This document shows, one piece after another, positions 38,366 through 47,299 of a DNA stretch of 50,134 bases. Origin of the DNA: Oribacterium sp. (GTDB taxonomy: Bacteria > Bacteroidota > Bacteroidia > Bacteroidales > Bacteroidaceae); the NCBI GenBank assembly GCA_963656725.1, contig CAVKKI010000001.1, forward strand, positions 1 to 50,134. The letters are read 5' to 3'. The position numbers and the translations under genes are program-made. A model generated the notes under the pieces. The model did no database searches and had not been told where the DNA came from. It saw only the letters and a list, made by a program, of their open reading frames with translations. Each line of letters starts with the position of its first letter. The first letter of the stretch is position 1.

Positions 38366-39172
38366 TTAGTAAGCCACTTCCACCTTAATGCCTTCAGCTC
38401 GAACGAGTGTCGCAATGCGGTCGAGTTCTTCGTGCGATGCTTTCTCGAGGTCGGGGTCGGGCGTTTCGCGGTCGATGGTGTAGACCATAACAGCCTCGGG
38501 CTGGATGCTTTTCACGGCTTCAAGCCAGGGCTGCACATATTCATCGCCCGTGTTGTCCACGCTCTGGCCACGGCTAGTGCCTTTCATAAACAAACTTTGC
38601 ACAATGACGTGACCATGAAAATCTTGCAGCGCTTTAATGATGCGCTCCACGTGATATTCGCCCGTGGGTTGGTCTACTCGGCTGATGTAGTCGGCCGACA
38701 CCGTGTCGAGTTTCAATATGTTGTTGTCCACCTTTTCGAGCGCGGCGTGCACCTCGGGGCGCACGGCTTGCGTGGAGTTGCTCAACACACTTACTTTGGC
38801 CTGTGGAAAGTAAGTGTTGCGCAGGCGGATGGTGTCGTCGATAATGGCGGCAAATTCGGGGTGGGCGGTGGGCTCGCCGTTGCCAGCAAAAGTCAGCACG
38901 TCGGGCTTGGGGCCTTCGGCCTTCATTTCTTGCAATTGTTGCTCAAGCGCCTCGGCCACCTCTTGGCGGGTGGGGCGGGGCAGACGGGGGCGATGGTCTT
39001 TGTTGAAGCCACATTCGCAGTAGATGCAGTCGAACGTACACACTTTTCCGTCCTTAGGCATGAGGTTGATGCCCAACGACACGCCCAATCGGCGGCTATG
39101 GATGGGGCCGAAAATGGGCGAGGGATAAACAATGCCCTTGTGCTCAATGTTTTCTGGATAACCGTTTGCCAT
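38366..39172 (-). CDS. Radical SAM protein
   Basis: CTFDCIYC (CxxxCxxC); SRRLGVSLGIN and GNGEPT. Confidence 0.9.
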   Translation of the reverse strand: MANGYPENIEHKGIVYPSPIFGPIHSRRLGVSLGINLMPKDGKVCTFDCIYCECGFNKDHRPRLPRPTRQEVAEALEQQLQEMKAEGPKPDVLTFAGNGEPTAHPEFAAIIDDTIRLRNTYFPQAKVSVLSNSTQAVRPEVHAALEKVDNNILKLDTVSADYISRVDQPTGEYHVERIIKALQDFHGHVIVQSLFMKGTSRGQSVDNTGDEYVQPWLEAVKSIQPEAVMVYTIDRETPDPDLEKASHEELDRIATLVRAEGIKVEVAY

Positions 39173-39247
39173 AACGCTATTTTCGTTTCGTAGAATTTTC
39201 TGAAAATTTATTCGATAGGTGCTAGCCTTAAATTTTACCGGAACTTA

Positions 39248-40690
39248 TTACTTGCCGCTTGTTTTCGAGCCGCCTTTTAACACCTCGGCTGCTTTGGCCA
39301 CATTTAGAATGCCGTAGCCCATGATGTTGTTGGGCGTGGCGGCGTTGTCGGCCGTTTGTTGCAAGGCATGAATGAGTTCGGTGGGCTTTTTGTTAGGAAA
39401 CATTTGCATCAAGCACGCCACCGCTCCAGCTGTGATGGGACAAGAAAAGGAAGTTCCGCTCACCTCGCAAACCGTGCCATCGTCGTCGAACACGTCGGCA
39501 TCGTCGCCCAAGGCCATGAGGTCGGGCTTCACGCGTCCGTCTTCTGTGTTGCCGATAGAAGAGAATGCGGTGTTGGTCAAACTGCGATCCACCGCCCCAA
39601 TGGTGAGCATGTCGGTGGCATCGGCGGGGAAACCCATTTTCTTCCATGCCCCCATGCCGCTATTGCCAGCACTGTTAAGCACGAGCAACCCGCGGCTAGC
39701 AGCCAACGAGGCGCTGATGCTGTTGAGAGCCGTGCGGCCGTTTTGCTCTTTGTAGCTATGATTCATGTAGGCGTGGTCGAAGTGATAGTAGCCCAACGAA
39801 CTGGTTACGAGGTCGCAGCCTAGGCTGTCGGCATACTCCAAGGCGGCACACCAGTTGTCTTCTTCCACCAATTGTTCCGATTCGCCGTCTTCGCTCTGCA
39901 GCAAATAATAGTTGGCCTCGGGTGCCGTGCCCACCAAGTAGTGAGGCGCGTTAGCGGCCATGCACGAAAGCACCATCATGCCATGATCAAGTTCTTCGTA
40001 AACGCTTTTGTTGGGGCGCACAAAGTTGCGTGTGCCGAGAATGCGCTTTGAGTCGAAGCCCGTGATGAGATCGGCGTTGAAAAATCCGCCGTCAATCACA
40101 CCCACCGTCACGCCTTGGCCACAATAGCCTGCCTCGTGCAGTTTCTCAGCGCCTAGCATGCGCACTTGGGTGGCGCTGAAGCCGTAAACGTCGGTCAAGG
40201 TGGTGTCGCGTTTGTTGGTGATGATTTCTTGTCGCGGCTTGCCCGAGAACACGCGCACACTGTCGGGACTCACCCATACGCAGCGAGCTGAGCGCACAAA
40301 GGGCAACTGCTCTAAGGTGCTGACGTAGCCGCTGTCGGCCACCTCCACCACCACGGTGTTGTTCCATTTGCTCTGGTTGTGAATGCGCAGACTGGGGCAT
40401 TGACGCAGTTCTTTAAGGTAGGCTTCGCTCAAGGGCAAATCGTAGTTGTCCACCTTCACCCCCAGGCGTTTGCGACGCTCAAGGGCTTTGGGCGAAAGAA
40501 AATCCTCGGGGTGACGCAGACTATAAGTAGAGCCTTTCTTGTCGGTGAGGTAAAGACGAAAACGAAAGGTTTTCGGTGTGATTTTTTTGTATTTAGGCGT
40601 CTCCACAGCCGTGTCGGTTTGCGCTTGCGCCAAGGGGCACAGGCAAAACAAGGCAATGAGCAATGAGACTAATTTTTGCAGTCGGTACAT
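39248..40690 (-). CDS. S8 (subtilisin) family serine peptidase
   Basis: VIDGG (Asp), HGMMV (His), SAGNSG, GTSFSCP (Ser); signal peptide. Confidence 0.92.
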   Translation of the reverse strand: MYRLQKLVSLLIALFCLCPLAQAQTDTAVETPKYKKITPKTFRFRLYLTDKKGSTYSLRHPEDFLSPKALERRKRLGVKVDNYDLPLSEAYLKELRQCPSLRIHNQSKWNNTVVVEVADSGYVSTLEQLPFVRSARCVWVSPDSVRVFSGKPRQEIITNKRDTTLTDVYGFSATQVRMLGAEKLHEAGYCGQGVTVGVIDGGFFNADLITGFDSKRILGTRNFVRPNKSVYEELDHGMMVLSCMAANAPHYLVGTAPEANYYLLQSEDGESEQLVEEDNWCAALEYADSLGCDLVTSSLGYYHFDHAYMNHSYKEQNGRTALNSISASLAASRGLLVLNSAGNSGMGAWKKMGFPADATDMLTIGAVDRSLTNTAFSSIGNTEDGRVKPDLMALGDDADVFDDDGTVCEVSGTSFSCPITAGAVACLMQMFPNKKPTELIHALQQTADNAATPNNIMGYGILNVAKAAEVLKGGSKTSGK

Positions 40691-41553
40691 TATTCTATGT
40701 TGGGTTTGTTGGCTTCAATTTTGTTTTCCACCTCATCGGGTAGTTTCGAGAAAAAGTTCATGCCCGTAGCTTTCTCCACCTCATCCACCGTGAGCTGATA
40801 ATAGCTGAGCGCTCGGCTGCCGGCTTCGTTTTTAAAGATGAAACCGTAGGCTTTGGGTTGTTTCGGGTAGCCCACAAGCAGCACTTTGAAGAAGGCATCG
40901 GGCACGGCCACCTTGTTCGCCCCAATGCGTTCGGGAGTCTTTGTGTAGTAGATGGGTCCTGCGGCAATGCTCACGCTTCCGTAGCGAACGGCCCAAGTGC
41001 GCTCCAATTCCTCCAGTTCCTTCCAATCGCCGCGGTTAAGGTTGCGGTTTTGCGGACACACGTTGGTCATGTAAAACGACTCTACCATGGCCTCGTGGCT
41101 CCACTTCATGTCGGCCGCCGGCGCCATGTGTCCGCGGTCGTAGCCCGAGTTGGTGTAGTCGTTGGGGTAGGCTTTTGCTCCTCTCACCTCGGGGTCGGCT
41201 TGAAATTTGTTGTAGCGCGGCTCTTCGCCCTGCGCCTCTTCAGCGGTCAGTTCCCAAGCCACCCATTGCGGCGTTTTAAAGTCGGCGTCGTAGCTCACGG
41301 TGTAGCCCAAGTGCTTAATCACTTGTCCACCTCGAGCCGATTCGTAAACGGGTATTTCTAATCCTTCGGGCAGTGTGCTCGTGGCGTTTTCCGAAGAACG
41401 TTCCTCGTCAGTCTCTTGACTTGTGGCCGTTGCTTCAGTGGTCGGTGTGCTCTCACTGTTGGGCGCATCGTGTTTAGCGTTGACGTTCATAATCACGCCA
41501 ACACCTATGCAGAGCGCAAAGCCCACGATGAGGAGGATTTGTTTCATCTTCAT
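40690..41553 (-). CDS. DNA/RNA non-specific endonuclease (NucA/EndA type)
   Basis: YDRGHMAPAAD, FYMTNVCPQ, LNRGDW..LE; N-terminal membrane anchor. Confidence 0.93.
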   Translation of the reverse strand: MKMKQILLIVGFALCIGVGVIMNVNAKHDAPNSESTPTTEATATSQETDEERSSENATSTLPEGLEIPVYESARGGQVIKHLGYTVSYDADFKTPQWVAWELTAEEAQGEEPRYNKFQADPEVRGAKAYPNDYTNSGYDRGHMAPAADMKWSHEAMVESFYMTNVCPQNRNLNRGDWKELEELERTWAVRYGSVSIAAGPIYYTKTPERIGANKVAVPDAFFKVLLVGYPKQPKAYGFIFKNEAGSRALSYYQLTVDEVEKATGMNFFSKLPDEVENKIEANKPNIE

Positions 41554-41638
41554 CTTTATTTTCGCTTGTGTGGGGGCAACTTTCTCGAAAGGGCTCCCTT
41601 ATATATAGGTGTAAGTTGTGCGGTTTGCTTAGCTTCTC

Positions 41639-42202
41639 TTATTCAGTCAGCGCCACTTCAATATTGTTTTTCAGAACTTCGCTGCCTGGGTAGCCGCCCT
41701 CGTCGAGGTTATCGTAAACCTTCTCGCCCTTTTTGTTGAGCAACAAGTAGGCCGGTATGCCCGGAATGTTGAGGCTCTCGCAAAGTCCGCTCCATTGTTT
41801 TTCGGTGAGTCGATAATGCTCGCCGGCAATGCTCGGAATCATATTCTGCCAGTCGGCCAGCGGAGAGGTTTCGCCAGTGATGTACACAAACACGCAACCT
41901 TTTTTGCTTAGTTCGGGCTTAATTTCGTCCACCTGTTTCATGGCCATGCGGCAAGGTCCGCACCAAGTGGCCCAAAAGTCAATGAGCACGGCTTTGCCTT
42001 TATAGTTTTCGGCAATAGCGCTCACCACGTCTTTTCCAGCCACTGAGGCGTCAATGGTTTTCACCACCGAAGGTTGCAATTGTTGCTCGGCTTTTTCGGT
42101 GCTTTCGGCAGTGGTGTTGTTAGCGTTTTTCGCGCTGTTTTTCGCGCATCCGCTGGTAATGGTCAGCGTGACAAGAATTAAAAAGAGTAGAGCTTTTTTC
42201 AT
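41639..42202 (-). CDS. TlpA-like thiol-disulfide oxidoreductase lipoprotein
   Basis: DFWATWCGPC; lipobox TSGC; -7 element TAACTTTG at 42231-42238. Confidence 0.9.
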   Translation of the reverse strand: MKKALLFLILVTLTITSGCAKNSAKNANNTTAESTEKAEQQLQPSVVKTIDASVAGKDVVSAIAENYKGKAVLIDFWATWCGPCRMAMKQVDEIKPELSKKGCVFVYITGETSPLADWQNMIPSIAGEHYRLTEKQWSGLCESLNIPGIPAYLLLNKKGEKVYDNLDEGGYPGSEVLKNNIEVALTE

Positions 42203-42402
42203 ATTGTTCTTTTTCGTTTTTATGGAAAGGCAAAGTTAGCGTTTTTTTGTGGCACTTGCCAAATTTTGGGCAGGTTTTTGGGGTTACGTTCATGTGGAAC
42301 TTTCTTTAAGGGCTTTCAGCCCGCCTTTAAAAAGAGTTGTGGGTGATAATGGAAAAAATGCCTAAAAAGCTTTGTTTGTTTCATTTACTTATCGTATTTT
42401 TG

Positions 42403-42494
42403 TTGCGGAAAATCTGTGAAAATCCTCAACGCTATTGCGGAAAATCTATGAAAATTCTCAATATTGTTGCGGAAAATCTATGAAAATCCTCAAT
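42403..42494. repeat. Three tandem 32-bp units (TTGCGGAAAATCTRTGAAAATYCTCAA plus 5 nt)
   Basis: Units at 42403, 42435 and 42467, directly after -7 element TATTTTTG (42395-42402). Confidence 0.92.
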
Positions 42495-42517
42495 ATAACG
42501 GATTAAAAACAGAGTGT

Positions 42518-43654
42518 ATGATAGAACGTATCTGCAACATAATCAATGATTTAGAAGATAGTGTTTTTCTTTTTGGCGCTCGTCAGACCGGAAAAAGCAC
42601 TTTTCTTCGTCAAAAATTCCCCAATCATCTCTACATCGACCTTCTCGACACCACCTTGAAGGAGCGCCTTGAGCGGCGTCCCTCTTTGCTCTACGAAATG
42701 CTCTCGGGTAAGGAGCGAGGCACGTTGGTCATCATCGATGAAATTCCCGAAGTGCCTAAGTTGCTCAATGAGGTGCATCGGCTGATGTCGGAGCGTGGAT
42801 TGGTGTTTGTGCTTTGTGGCTCGAGTGCGCGCAAGTTGAAACGAAGAGGTTATAACACTTTGGGCGGAAGGGCTTACCCTGTTTATCTTTTTCCCTTTGT
42901 TAGTGCCGAATTGCCCGACTTCGACCTTCAGCAAGCCATCAACTATGGCATGTTGCCCCCTCATTATTTAGCAAAAAATCCACGTCGCCGCTTGTCGGCC
43001 TATATTGATGTTTATTTAAAGGAAGAAATCAAAGAAGAGGCTCTTGTGCGCAATCTTAGCTCGTTTCAGCGCTTTCTAGAGGTGGCGGCTCTGACCGACG
43101 GCGAAATTGTTAAGCTCAATAACATTGCCCAAGACTGTGGCGTGAGTGCAAACACCGTAAGCAATTATTTCGACATTTTAGAAGACACGCTGTTAGGTTT
43201 TAAAGTGCCTGCCTATACGCAAACGTTGAAGCGCAGAGTGGTTCAGGCTCCTCGTTTCTATTATTTCGATGTAGGGGTGGCCAATCATTTGCTGCATCGT
43301 GGCGAATTGGTGCGTGGCACGGCTGAATATGGTCATGCTTTTGAGCATTTGGTAATGCAAGAACTCAGAGCTTGGCTTAGCTATAACGAAAGTAGCGAAA
43401 GTTTAAGCTATTGGCGTGCCTACACGGGGCAAGAAGTGGATGCGGTGATTGGAGATGCTCGGGTGGCCATTGAGATAAAATCGGTGGAGGAGGTGCTTCC
43501 ACGTCATCTCAAAGGGCTCAGAACTTTTGCGGCCGATTATCCCGATAGCAAGCAACTGATTGTTTCGCTCGATCCCCTTAATCGCAAAATGGGGGATGTT
43601 GAATGTGTGTATATCCTTGATTTCTTTAAAAAGTTATGGAGTGAGGGATTGTAG
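42518..43654 (+). CDS. AAA_14 ATPase with DUF4143 and a C-terminal PD-(D/E)XK-like motif
   Basis: GARQTGKST, IIDE, CGSS, LGGRA, RFYYFDVG, EVDAVI…IEIK; start reassigned to ATG 42518. Confidence 0.88.
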   Translation: MIERICNIINDLEDSVFLFGARQTGKSTFLRQKFPNHLYIDLLDTTLKERLERRPSLLYEMLSGKERGTLVIIDEIPEVPKLLNEVHRLMSERGLVFVLCGSSARKLKRRGYNTLGGRAYPVYLFPFVSAELPDFDLQQAINYGMLPPHYLAKNPRRRLSAYIDVYLKEEIKEEALVRNLSSFQRFLEVAALTDGEIVKLNNIAQDCGVSANTVSNYFDILEDTLLGFKVPAYTQTLKRRVVQAPRFYYFDVGVANHLLHRGELVRGTAEYGHAFEHLVMQELRAWLSYNESSESLSYWRAYTGQEVDAVIGDARVAIEIKSVEEVLPRHLKGLRTFAADYPDSKQLIVSLDPLNRKMGDVECVYILDFFKKLWSEGL

Positions 43655-43790
43655 ATAATTAACAGAAGAAAAGATATATTCATTGCCAAATTCGTAGTTG
43701 CTTCCGACTTGAATTTGGCATTTTTCTTGCCTCGTGCAAGCAAAATCAAAATAGCACAAATGTTGCAAAATATAGCACAAATGTTGCATC

Positions 43791-44136
43791 GCCTCTACCA
43801 GAAAGTTTACTTGCATTATTGCTGTTACTTGCACTAATTGCTTGCACTGCTGTTGATTATCAATTATTTCAAGAGTGTAAGCAGCAAAAAAAAGTTGCTT
43901 ACACTTGCTTGCACTCCGCTTTCACTTTTGCCTTCCTTCTTTCGGTTTGCTTACACTTGCTTGCATTCGGCTGCGAAAAGTGTGAAAAACGAGTGGCCAC
44001 AAGTGTGCAGGATGAGGGTGGAGTGTAAGCAATGAAATTCGCTGCTTACACTCTTGAAATGGTTGATAATCAGTGGTAGTGCAAGTAATTAGTGCAAGTA
44101 ACAGCAATTGCTTGCACTAAACTTTCTGGTAGAGGC
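43791..44136. repeat. Long imperfect inverted repeat with about 95-bp arms, copy 2
   Basis: Arms at 43791-43885 and 44041-44136; homologous to 13627-13846 in the opposite orientation. Confidence 0.9.
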
Positions 44137-44142
44137 GCAGCA

Positions 44143-44312
44143 CGTCAGTGGGGGCGACGCGGCTCGCGTCGGCGCAAGAAGCGGCGCTAGTGAGGGGGTG
44201 ATGAAAAAATGATAATCGATGCGGTGGCTTTCGTATTTGTTATATATTAAAATATGCTAATGTATTAGCGTTTCTTCTTGCGCCGACGCGAGCCGCGTCG
44301 CCCCCACTGACG
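44143..44312. repeat. REPIN-like inverted doublet, copy 2
   Basis: Perfect 39-bp arms at 44143-44181 and 44274-44312; core identical to copy 1. Confidence 0.9.
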
Positions 44313-44332
44313 AGCTAGCGTTGCTATTAAAA

Positions 44333-44412
44333 ACTAGTGGCTAAGTAAGAAAAACTAGTGGCTTAAGTGTGCGTCACTAGTGGCTTAATAAGAAAAACTA
44401 GTGGCTTGATAG
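44333..44412. repeat. Four ACTAGTGGCT units spaced 21/22/21 bp
   Basis: Units at 44333, 44354, 44376 and 44397. Confidence 0.9.
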
Positions 44413-44609
44413 AAAAGAAGGAAACGATAGACGGGGCCAACTCTTTCGCATCCCCGTTAGTTTTACTATCTTTGCAGTTAGCGCCTTATAGCTAATGTTT
44501 TCTGGTCAGAGTGCATCATTAAAAAAAGCGGTGGCCAATTAGCTACGTGGCGAATGAAAACAGAAAATAGCATCGCCCTAGAAAATTAAAAACTGAAAGT
44601 AAAAAAATT

Positions 44610-45389
44610 ATGGCATTATCTCCCCTCGAGAAACATTATAACAAACACCCCGAAGACCTGCGCTTGCAGCGTAGGCATGGCATTGTGGAATTTGAAACTA
44701 CCATGCACCACTTGCATCGGTTTCTTCAGCCGGGCTACAAACTGCTTGACATTGGCGCTGGCACGGGACGCTACACCTCTGCGCTCATGGCCGAGGGTTA
44801 TGACGTGACGGCGGTGGAGCTAGTGCGCCGAAACATTGAGGTGTTTTTGGCTCGAGAGCCTGCAGCCCATGTGGTGCAGGGCGATGCTCGCCACATGCCT
44901 TTTCTACCTACTGCCTCGGCCGACGTTACGCTGCTGCTCGGCCCCCTCTATCACCTCATTGGCGACGAGGAAAAACTCAAAACTTTGGCAGAGGCCAAAA
45001 GAGTGACGAAACCGGGCGGACTGATTTTTGTGGCTTACTTAATGAATGAGTATAGCATTCTTTCTTATTGTTTTGACGAAGACCGCATCAGTGGACTGAT
45101 GGAGCGGGGAGTGGTGGACGAAGATTTTCACATTCAAGCTTTGCCCGATGAACTCTACGATTATGTGCGCATTACCGACATCGACCGCTTAAACCGTGCG
45201 GTGGGCCTAGAGCGTGTTACCATTTTCTCGCCCGATGGCCCTGCCGACTACATGCGCACGCGCCTCAACCAAATGAGCGATGACTCGTTTGCCCGTTTTC
45301 TCGACTACCAAAAGCGTGTGTCTGAACGTCTTGACCTCATTGGGGCGGGAAGCCATGTGGTGGATGTGGTGAGGCATCGTGGGGTTTGA
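44610..45389 (+). CDS. Class I SAM-dependent methyltransferase
   Basis: LLDIGAGTGRY motif I, GDA, GPLYHL, KPGG; -7 element TATCTTTG at 44467-44474. Confidence 0.9.
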   Translation: MALSPLEKHYNKHPEDLRLQRRHGIVEFETTMHHLHRFLQPGYKLLDIGAGTGRYTSALMAEGYDVTAVELVRRNIEVFLAREPAAHVVQGDARHMPFLPTASADVTLLLGPLYHLIGDEEKLKTLAEAKRVTKPGGLIFVAYLMNEYSILSYCFDEDRISGLMERGVVDEDFHIQALPDELYDYVRITDIDRLNRAVGLERVTIFSPDGPADYMRTRLNQMSDDSFARFLDYQKRVSERLDLIGAGSHVVDVVRHRGV

Positions 45390-45444
45390 GAGAGAGGGGT
45401 ATGTAGGCAAATTCCTATTTTTAAAAGAACTAGGTCATCAATCG

Positions 45445-46323
45445 TTACGAGCCACTATCAATGTGCCAATATTTATCAACAAGAGGATGTAGCTCATCTG
45501 TTATCACTTGCATAACATCTGGAAAACTGAGAGGTTGATTCCATTGTATGTTTTTCAGAAATGAATTCCAGCGCACAATGCGCGCAGGTTGAATGGCGAA
45601 GGAGGGAGTAAATAATTGTAGGTTTGCATTGTAGGGTAGCCCTCGGTTGTCGAATGTAGCCTTTATCGCTTCGTATAGCGTATCTCTATTGATATTGCGA
45701 GTGGTGAATATTTGATAGCAGTCAAAGAAATCTTTCATCCGGCTGTTTTGTGTGTCGCGGTCTATCATAGTGTGGAGTTTTTCTGCGATGACTGTTTCCA
45801 AAGAATACGCTTGCAGATTAATTGACGGGACGTTCGGCAGTAATAAAGGAAAATCGACTGAGGCAGCACATGGTGTGACCACATCTCCAAATCCTACATC
45901 CACAGTCATATGGTGAATGATGGTATCGATTTGTGCGGTGAATGAAAAACGTGTGCCAGGATATTTCTTATCTACCGTAATGGGTTCAATCTTTATGCTA
46001 TTGCTGTTGAATGTTACTCCATCTTCGTTACAGGGAATATTGATTATTTCTTGAAAAACTTTGGTTAGAAAATCTCTGTTGCGGCTGATGTTTTTTGCCA
46101 TAAAATCAATATCAATGGTAGGACGTGCCTCTAAACCATTGATTGCGTAGAGTAAGGAGCCTCCTTTGAGAAGGAAATTGTCTTTATATGGACTGACTGA
46201 TACACGATAGAGTAAGCGCTCGTTGAAGTATCTTGAAAGCAGATACATATATTTATATCCCGTTTTGTTCATCAGATTGAGTAGACGGCTTCGCACGGAT
46301 TTTCCATAATTCTTCTTTTCCAT
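45445..46323 (-). CDS. abiEii: AbiEii/AbiGii nucleotidyltransferase toxin (type IV TA)
   Basis: LLKGGSLL, RPTIDIDF, AEKLH, SRMKDFFD. Confidence 0.92.
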   Translation of the reverse strand: MEKKNYGKSVRSRLLNLMNKTGYKYMYLLSRYFNERLLYRVSVSPYKDNFLLKGGSLLYAINGLEARPTIDIDFMAKNISRNRDFLTKVFQEIINIPCNEDGVTFNSNSIKIEPITVDKKYPGTRFSFTAQIDTIIHHMTVDVGFGDVVTPCAASVDFPLLLPNVPSINLQAYSLETVIAEKLHTMIDRDTQNSRMKDFFDCYQIFTTRNINRDTLYEAIKATFDNRGLPYNANLQLFTPSFAIQPARIVRWNSFLKNIQWNQPLSFPDVMQVITDELHPLVDKYWHIDSGS

Positions 46324-46325
46324 AT

Positions 46326-46907
46326 TTACTCTATTGCTATTTCAAGATAATTGTTTAGCACGTTTGCCACGCGCAATTTTTTTGCATATTCTGTTAGTTT
46401 GCTAAGATTTCGTTCTTTTTTGCGTAGGTAACTGCGTATTACTTCAGCACAAATGTCAAGACCAATTTTATTGCGGTATTTGATGGCGTCGCACACACTT
46501 CGTTCTAGGTCGGTGATGCGCACATGGTGTTCAGAGATGCAGTCTTTTCGAATGCCAAACTCAAGGTTCTCTGCTTTCCAATAGTAAAGATTAATAGGCA
46601 ATAATTGCGGCACTACAACTTTGCGCTTGCTAGCAATTGCAATGCAGAAAGCAGGAGGTACTAGGGTGGTCAATCCATAGTGCGCCCATGCGTTATACAT
46701 ACATACAACACCTCCTGGAATAATTCGTTCTACATCAATCATGGTGTCAAGCAAGGCATTGGGAGTAACATATACTCCATGCCGAATGCGCATCAAATCT
46801 CCCTGTTGCACGGCGCGGTTGAGTTGCATGTATTCGGCATTTCCATTTACTTCATTGGCAGTTATCGTACCACCAAGGGCTTCTACCTTGTTAATTATAT
46901 AGTTCAT
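46326..46907 (-). CDS. abiEi: AbiEi antitoxin / transcriptional regulator
   Basis: N-terminal wHTH (RIRHGVY), AWAHYGLT, ERSVCD; 2 nt upstream of abiEii. Confidence 0.9.
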   Translation of the reverse strand: MNYIINKVEALGGTITANEVNGNAEYMQLNRAVQQGDLMRIRHGVYVTPNALLDTMIDVERIIPGGVVCMYNAWAHYGLTTLVPPAFCIAIASKRKVVVPQLLPINLYYWKAENLEFGIRKDCISEHHVRITDLERSVCDAIKYRNKIGLDICAEVIRSYLRKKERNLSKLTEYAKKLRVANVLNNYLEIAIE

Positions 46908-46966
46908 TGTACATAAGTATGTGGTTCCTAGTGCGAAGTTACATATTTCTCCTTAATTTGTAAATG

Positions 46967-46998
46967 TTCTACGGCGAATTTCATATATCTCCGTAGAA
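46967..46998. promoter_or_regulatory. Inverted repeat in the abiE promoter, candidate AbiEi operator
   Basis: TTCTACGG…CCGTAGAA dyad upstream of a -7-like TAACTTCG (46934-46941, minus strand). Confidence 0.55.
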
Positions 46999-47087
46999 AA
47001 TTATCACTGTAAGCTTTCTTCTCATCGTTTACCAACAAGGACTTCGTTCCTTTTTCTACCTTCTAAAAGCAAGTATAAAATGCTTTA

Positions 47088-47268
47088 GGGTGGTTCTAAA
47101 AATTCTGATTTTAGTATTCTACTATTCTGAAATGTAATTTGCATGCTCTCGGAAGCGTCTTTTTGAAAGTAAATTCGGTCACATAGCCCGCTATGCTTCC
47201 TCATTTACTTTCAAAAATACACTCCCGATAGCATACAAATTTCTATTTCAGAATTATTAGAACCATCC
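47088..47268. mobile_element. MITE-like palindromic element of about 180 bp
   Basis: Terminal IR GGGTGGTTCTAA/TTAGAACCATCC; near full-length self-complementarity; central CATAGC-C-CGCTATG hairpin; TTA/TAA-like flanks; no ORF. Confidence 0.6.
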
Positions 47269-47299
47269 ATAAGGTAAAAGTCGTACAATTATGGAATGA

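Noticed and set aside
20023..42517. ORF-track N-terminal extensions (starts at 20040, 22774, 31720, 31695, 42464)
   Set aside because: They run through TAnnTTTG-type promoter elements or repeats; downstream ATGs give proper signal peptides or family N-termini.
13659..44107. Similar short ORFs MLLLALIxCT…YQxFQECKQ (13659-13844 minus, 43819-44028 plus, 43922-44107 minus) as a type I toxin family
   Set aside because: They are translations of the inverted-repeat arms with TTG starts. The fourth arm (from 13629) is frameshifted by 1 nt, so the conservation is at the DNA or hairpin level.
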